A stretch of DNA of 64,000 nucleotides from Bacteroidia bacterium (GTDB lineage Bacteria; Bacteroidota; Bacteroidia; JABEUT01). The DNA lies in contig JBKQUY010000102.1 in assembly GCA_052325425.1 (NCBI GenBank), forward strand, positions 472-64,471, given 5' to 3'. This document shows positions 60,401 through 64,000 of this stretch, piece by piece. A program made the position numbers and the translations under genes. The notes beneath the pieces were generated by a model, which saw only the letters and a list, made by a program, of their open reading frames with translations, was not told the origin of the DNA and ran no database searches. Numbering within the stretch: the first letter of the stretch is position 1; each line of letters begins with the position of its first letter.

Positions 60401-63400
60401 TCAAAACGGAAATCCCATTACTAATATCCCTGCTTACTTCAATGGAATTTCAAATCTTTATTTCCGTTTTTTGATGATGATAACTCCTGGTAATTATGAA
60501 TATGTCAGTGGATATGCGCCTATAGATAGTATGGGTGTCGTCTCAACGGATAATCATTATGGCTGGGTTAAGTTGCAGGGAACTGCATTGGATGGGAACG
60601 GTTCCGGCATTTACAGCCCTATTTTAAGAACTGCAATTCAGTATGCTATTGCAAACAGGCCGAGGCTTGTGTTTAATGAGCCATTAATAACGCAGCCTGC
60701 AGGATTAGGGGTTTTCCAGGCCCTGCTCAGTTCAATTACCCAATTCTCTTCCTTAGTCACCGGGCTTAATGGTTCTATTTATATTCAAAACTATTGCAAC
60801 CAGTTTATTACGGATAAATCCTTCATACGTGTCAACAATGTCACGGGAAGGAAATTTGGAGGAGGTCCGAGGGTGAAAGATATTATGACAAATGATGAAT
60901 GGAGTGTAATGACCAATAACCAGGAAAAGTCATTTGATTATGGGCAGCAATACATCTATACGCTTGCCGATGGTGTTACTTCCTCCGGTGTGGCGAGCTA
61001 TGAACCTCAATTGGGCGGCGATGAAAACCCCTGGAGGCAGCCCGTATTCTACAGCCAGCAAAACCTGTGGATTGCCGATGACAAACATTATATGGAGCAG
61101 CCCTTCGGGGAATCTTTTTTCCCTTCGGCAAGCGTGGGATACAGCAGGGTCACGGTCAAGAATTTACAGCGTAGCGGAGTTCACAGGGATGCTACAGGTA
61201 CTGTTGTTCATGAGTTCTATACTACGGCAGATTTTCCTACGATAACCCAGCAGACGGATTTAAAATATATTGAAGAAAAAACAGACCCATTTAGTTTGTC
61301 CTCCTTATTATTTATGAATACCCGGGATTATATGACGGCAAGCGAAGGATATACTATAATTCTGAACGATATGAATGGTAAGCCTAAAGCCCAATATGTT
61401 TACCAGGAAGACCAGACAGAACCTATCAGTTCTGTGGAATATTATTACCAGTCTACCCCCTACCAGGGAGCCAACAGTTACCATGTGAATAATAGTGTTA
61501 CAACCATAAACCCTGATGGTAGCCTCGGGAAAGCCAACATAGGGGTGTTTTATGACGAAGTGGCGGATTTCCGGCAATCGCAAACCAGTAATATTTCTTC
61601 TTCTCTTCAATTAAATGTAGATGATTTCTTTATTGGCCCCCTACCAGTGCCTATTCCAACTATATGGCCCTCTTTAATTACTGAAAATACGCGCTTCAGG
61701 TCTAACGTAATTACCAAAGTGATAAATACATTCGGGATACTTGACAGTACAGTGGTGAAAGATCTTGGCTCAACGGTGAAAACAGAAAATTTAGCCTATG
61801 ACGCACAGACAGGGCAGGTGCTTTTAACCAAAACCACAAACGATTTTGATGATTCTATTTTTAACCTGACCTATCCCGCATACTGGTACTATGGAGGAAT
61901 GGGGCAGGCTTACCAGAATATAGGCCTTGCTTTGCCGAATATTCAGTTTACGAATGGTTCCGCAACGGTAAATAACGCTTCTGCATTATTCTATCCCGGA
62001 GATGAAATAGCATTAACCATAACCAATTCTAAGAGCCCGGGTGTCATGGCATGGATAACCTCTGTAAACGGAAATTCCATTACGGCAGAGCTCAAGAATG
62101 GCACGAAAGTAAGCAACAGTTATTATAACCTTGAAGTTACAAGGTCGGGAAGAAGGAATATGCAGATGATGGATATGGCGAAACTGACCACGCTGGTAAA
62201 CCCGATAAACAGCCTGCAGGCCAATTCGTACCAGAAAGTGACACAGGCAAGCGCCAAAGAATATACAGATAGCTGGGGGACATATTGCAATTGCTTTGAT
62301 AAGCCCAGCATGGAAACGGATAATCCTTATGTTCTGGGAGTAAAAGGCAACTACCGGCTGAAGACATCTCTTCTGTACCTGACGCCACGCGACCAGAGTA
62401 GTTTCGATAACAATACCAATATCCGGCAAGACGGAACCTTTGCCTCCTACAACCCATTTTACTCAGATTCATCCGGTTACTGGAATATGACCCCCGATAA
62501 CTGGACATATACCAGCGAGGTTACCAACTTTAACCCCTATGGACAGGAAATTGAAGATGTTGATGCTTTAGGCAGGTATTCTTCCGCGACTTTCGGGTAT
62601 AACCAGACGTTGCCTACTTCAGTGGCTGCCAACTCGCAATATAAGGAGCAGGGGTTCGACGGTTTTGAAGACTATGCTTTCGGCGGCTGCGCGGACAACC
62701 ACCTGGATGTAAACAGGAGCGCTGTAACGCTGGATGCCACGCAATCTCACACTGGAAGGCATAGCCTTCTTGTCGGAAGTACCCCTGTGGTTATTGGCGG
62801 GCAAATGACTAATTGTGCTCCCTATAACCCATGCAATATTTCACTCTGCGCGATTGACGAGGACCAGGATGGCGAATTTAACCTGGCATTAAGGCCTTCA
62901 GGAGGCGTGGCTCCGTATAACTTTAATTATAATGTTGTTTCCGGCAATGCCACTGTATCCCTGCAAGCCGACGGAAGCCTGCATCTTATTTCATACACAG
63001 CCCCGTTCAATGCTGTGGTGAATGTTACTGTAGCAGATGAAAAAGGCTGTAAATACCAGACTACCGTTACCCTGTCAGAAAGCGTTGAAAACAGTGAAAG
63101 CGGCTATACTATTACAGGAGGGGTAAATACAAATTGCCCTCCATGCAACATTTCGCTTTGTGATTCTGTCGGCAATTATGTAGACGGCCACAGCATTTAC
63201 CTGAAACCTTCCGGCGGTACAGCTCCATATTCATACAATTATACATACAGATATGGTACCAATGTTACTTATGCTGTTTCAGGTAATTACCTGATAATTA
63301 AAGAACCCGATGATTTCATCAATTTTTCAACCTTTGTAACTGTTACCGATGCCAATGGCTGTAGCTATTCGACCACAGTAGATGGAATATATGGCCCGGT

Positions 63401-64000
63401 AAACAACCCTTCATTTACTGTTACCGGAGTAACCCCTTGCAGCGTAAGTAATTGTAATGTCTCTATGTGCTCTGAAATTTTCATAGATGGGGACATTGAT
63501 TCTGTTGAACTTGTTCCTTCGGGTGGCGTAGCACCATACACTTATAATTATACTATTACACAGGCACATCCAAATACCAATGTTACAAACTCAAGTGGCA
63601 ACTTATTCTTTACAACTATTGATTGGCAGAAATATTCTTCTGCTGTAACAGTAACTGACTCGAAAGGATGCAGTGCCGACAGTACCTTAAATGTAAAATT
63701 TACTGATAATATTCCTGTCGTTACCGGAGTTAGCGCCTGTTCACCGTGTGGCTTATCCATGTGTTATTCGACTATCAGTTCAACTATCAATAGCGCATAT
63801 TTTGATTCAATTACTGTTTTCCATGCCTCTGGAGGAGCACCCCCTTATATATTTATTGTCACAGACCACGGAACTGATCTGGATGGAATGGGTGAGTGCA
63901 ACATATATAATGGAATCCAATCTGGCGCAGACTATTACATGCCAGTATCTACTAGAGGATGCTTCTTCGACTTTACTATTACTGTAGTGGACCATCATGG
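57450..64000 (+). CDS. Giant secreted SpvB/RHS(YD)-like protein with C-proximal Cys-rich SprB-like repeats (runs off the right edge)
   Basis: Not in the ORF track (no stop in window). MMRKILK..signal..ALTGGPSQPE..VDPFSGGFTYNIPL..SYHSG..WVGLGWNINPG..RNVRGIPDDF; YDAQTGQVLLT; PYGQEIEDVDALGRYS; same frame reads CFFDFTITVVDHH at the window end. Confidence 0.88.
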   Translation, partial: MMRKILKIRKRFGKPVHKSVALIALLSILFQLSFPTFAFALTGGPSQPETQSFEPVSTSDMVDPFSGGFTYNIPLLNVDGYPINISYHSGISMDQEASWVGLGWNINPGCVSRNVRGIPDDFEGDTIQRDFNMKENTTWGVSVGAGLKIFGLPKSLFSGSLQASLGVHYNNYNGVGTDLSVTLSVTAGASGKSPLTGSLGLDANSENGVSVAPSLGLSCKLSDADGGSVNLGASVGTAFNTRHGLQSLTIGTSVGITTDPSKDANGNITHQGGDISGPTTPSAHFNFMQSTYTPQVTMSMTDLSITGNFRLGFEGSGAHPNFNVGGYYTTQSLTANTVYNPAYGYMHADEGVQNPSAMMDFNREKDGAFTSSTPDLPLANFTYDIFTVSGQGAGGSYRPFRGDIGHVFDPYNVTTSQGNEIGVDVGIGDIFHAGVDVTANTVNTSSGDWSMDNNSMPGLSFASSAPGNPTYEPVYFKEASEKSVESDPSFFQKEGGLNPERVALDQIADFYTVATNTYESGLPVAKANYRQKRDIRNQSISMLTRGQLQTSGLEDPTTLNLFPGARPHHIAEITSLGTDGKRYVYGIAAYNTKKKEVTFAAGENASDVPGDPLNGVTGLVTYSGSDNTTGNTEGIDNYYSGITTPPYAHSYLLTAVLSPDYVDADSIRGPSNGDLGTWTKFNYTKQPIFKWRVPVGDHTATYNEGFKSDPTSPKANYIYGEKELWYLNSIETKNYIAVFTTKARLDGLGVNDENGSINTDTSYAPRMLTTISLYTKPNYNAYLANPSSTTLVPIEQVHFVYNYSLCPNVPNNYNVATGSSSSNTGKLTLTKIYFTYQNSFKGELSPYVFNYSSFNPGYSIKAYDRWGFYKADSSTSYAYNALPPPAEYSYVDQNKAEADQNASAWTMTDVIMPSGGDIHIDYESNDYASVQNLPAMQMAKIEAATPTSSNISIPARFTSNLLAGNFPSDPKDVNYVLVFPLQNDQNGNPITNIPAYFNGISNLYFRFLMMITPGNYEYVSGYAPIDSMGVVSTDNHYGWVKLQGTALDGNGSGIYSPILRTAIQYAIANRPRLVFNEPLITQPAGLGVFQALLSSITQFSSLVTGLNGSIYIQNYCNQFITDKSFIRVNNVTGRKFGGGPRVKDIMTNDEWSVMTNNQEKSFDYGQQYIYTLADGVTSSGVASYEPQLGGDENPWRQPVFYSQQNLWIADDKHYMEQPFGESFFPSASVGYSRVTVKNLQRSGVHRDATGTVVHEFYTTADFPTITQQTDLKYIEEKTDPFSLSSLLFMNTRDYMTASEGYTIILNDMNGKPKAQYVYQEDQTEPISSVEYYYQSTPYQGANSYHVNNSVTTINPDGSLGKANIGVFYDEVADFRQSQTSNISSSLQLNVDDFFIGPLPVPIPTIWPSLITENTRFRSNVITKVINTFGILDSTVVKDLGSTVKTENLAYDAQTGQVLLTKTTNDFDDSIFNLTYPAYWYYGGMGQAYQNIGLALPNIQFTNGSATVNNASALFYPGDEIALTITNSKSPGVMAWITSVNGNSITAELKNGTKVSNSYYNLEVTRSGRRNMQMMDMAKLTTLVNPINSLQANSYQKVTQASAKEYTDSWGTYCNCFDKPSMETDNPYVLGVKGNYRLKTSLLYLTPRDQSSFDNNTNIRQDGTFASYNPFYSDSSGYWNMTPDNWTYTSEVTNFNPYGQEIEDVDALGRYSSATFGYNQTLPTSVAANSQYKEQGFDGFEDYAFGGCADNHLDVNRSAVTLDATQSHTGRHSLLVGSTPVVIGGQMTNCAPYNPCNISLCAIDEDQDGEFNLALRPSGGVAPYNFNYNVVSGNATVSLQADGSLHLISYTAPFNAVVNVTVADEKGCKYQTTVTLSESVENSESGYTITGGVNTNCPPCNISLCDSVGNYVDGHSIYLKPSGGTAPYSYNYTYRYGTNVTYAVSGNYLIIKEPDDFINFSTFVTVTDANGCSYSTTVDGIYGPVNNPSFTVTGVTPCSVSNCNVSMCSEIFIDGDIDSVELVPSGGVAPYTYNYTITQAHPNTNVTNSSGNLFFTTIDWQKYSSAVTVTDSKGCSADSTLNVKFTDNIPVVTGVSACSPCGLSMCYSTISSTINSAYFDSITVFHASGGAPPYIFIVTDHGTDLDGMGECNIYNGIQSGADYYMPVSTRGCFFDFTITVVDHH

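Noticed and set aside
59700-60900. Apparently AT-richer patch within the giant gene as a swapped module
   Set aside because: Impression by eye only; no boundary repeats seen, and it needs GC3/homolog alignment
57962-63998. Many short ORFs on both strands
   Set aside because: Shadows of the single long plus-strand frame starting at 57450

Overview
Bacteroidota-type genomic DNA (TAnnTTTG promoters, region-1.1-less primary sigma factor, many T9SS cargo genes). Left accessory region (1-32 kb): SBBP/NHL/BNR-repeat T9SS substrates, three membrane-sensor PP2C/SpoIIE genes, and a TonB-dependent receptor with a Crp/Fnr regulator. Its key feature is a 4.34-kb tyrosine-integrase element inserted inside the T9SS type-B C-terminal secretion signal of the gene starting at 2202. 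The missing 29 codons lie intact at 8410-8499, and excision at the mismatched 16-bp junction cores would restore an in-frame 652-aa protein. The element carries an integrase, Xis-like and RHH genes, a lipoprotein behind a long structured RNA leader, and a gene bracketed by two near-identical 27-bp palindromes. Middle (32-50 kb): core genes (rpoD, HtrA, dapF, multiheme cytochrome, MntR/mntH/TBDR/porin/CDF metal cluster, bshB1, gcvT, ComB-like). Right (50.2-64 kb): a probable island starting at a 12-bp tRNA 3'-end remnant. It holds an uncharacterised cluster: OM beta-barrel, LytTR regulator with a 21-bp tandem site, Ig-like protein, OmpH/Skp, lipoprotein, and a >2180-aa signal-peptide-bearing SpvB/RHS-like protein with SprB-like repeats. 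No complete tRNA/rRNA or CRISPR array was seen. All calls come from reading the sequence by eye; no searches were run.
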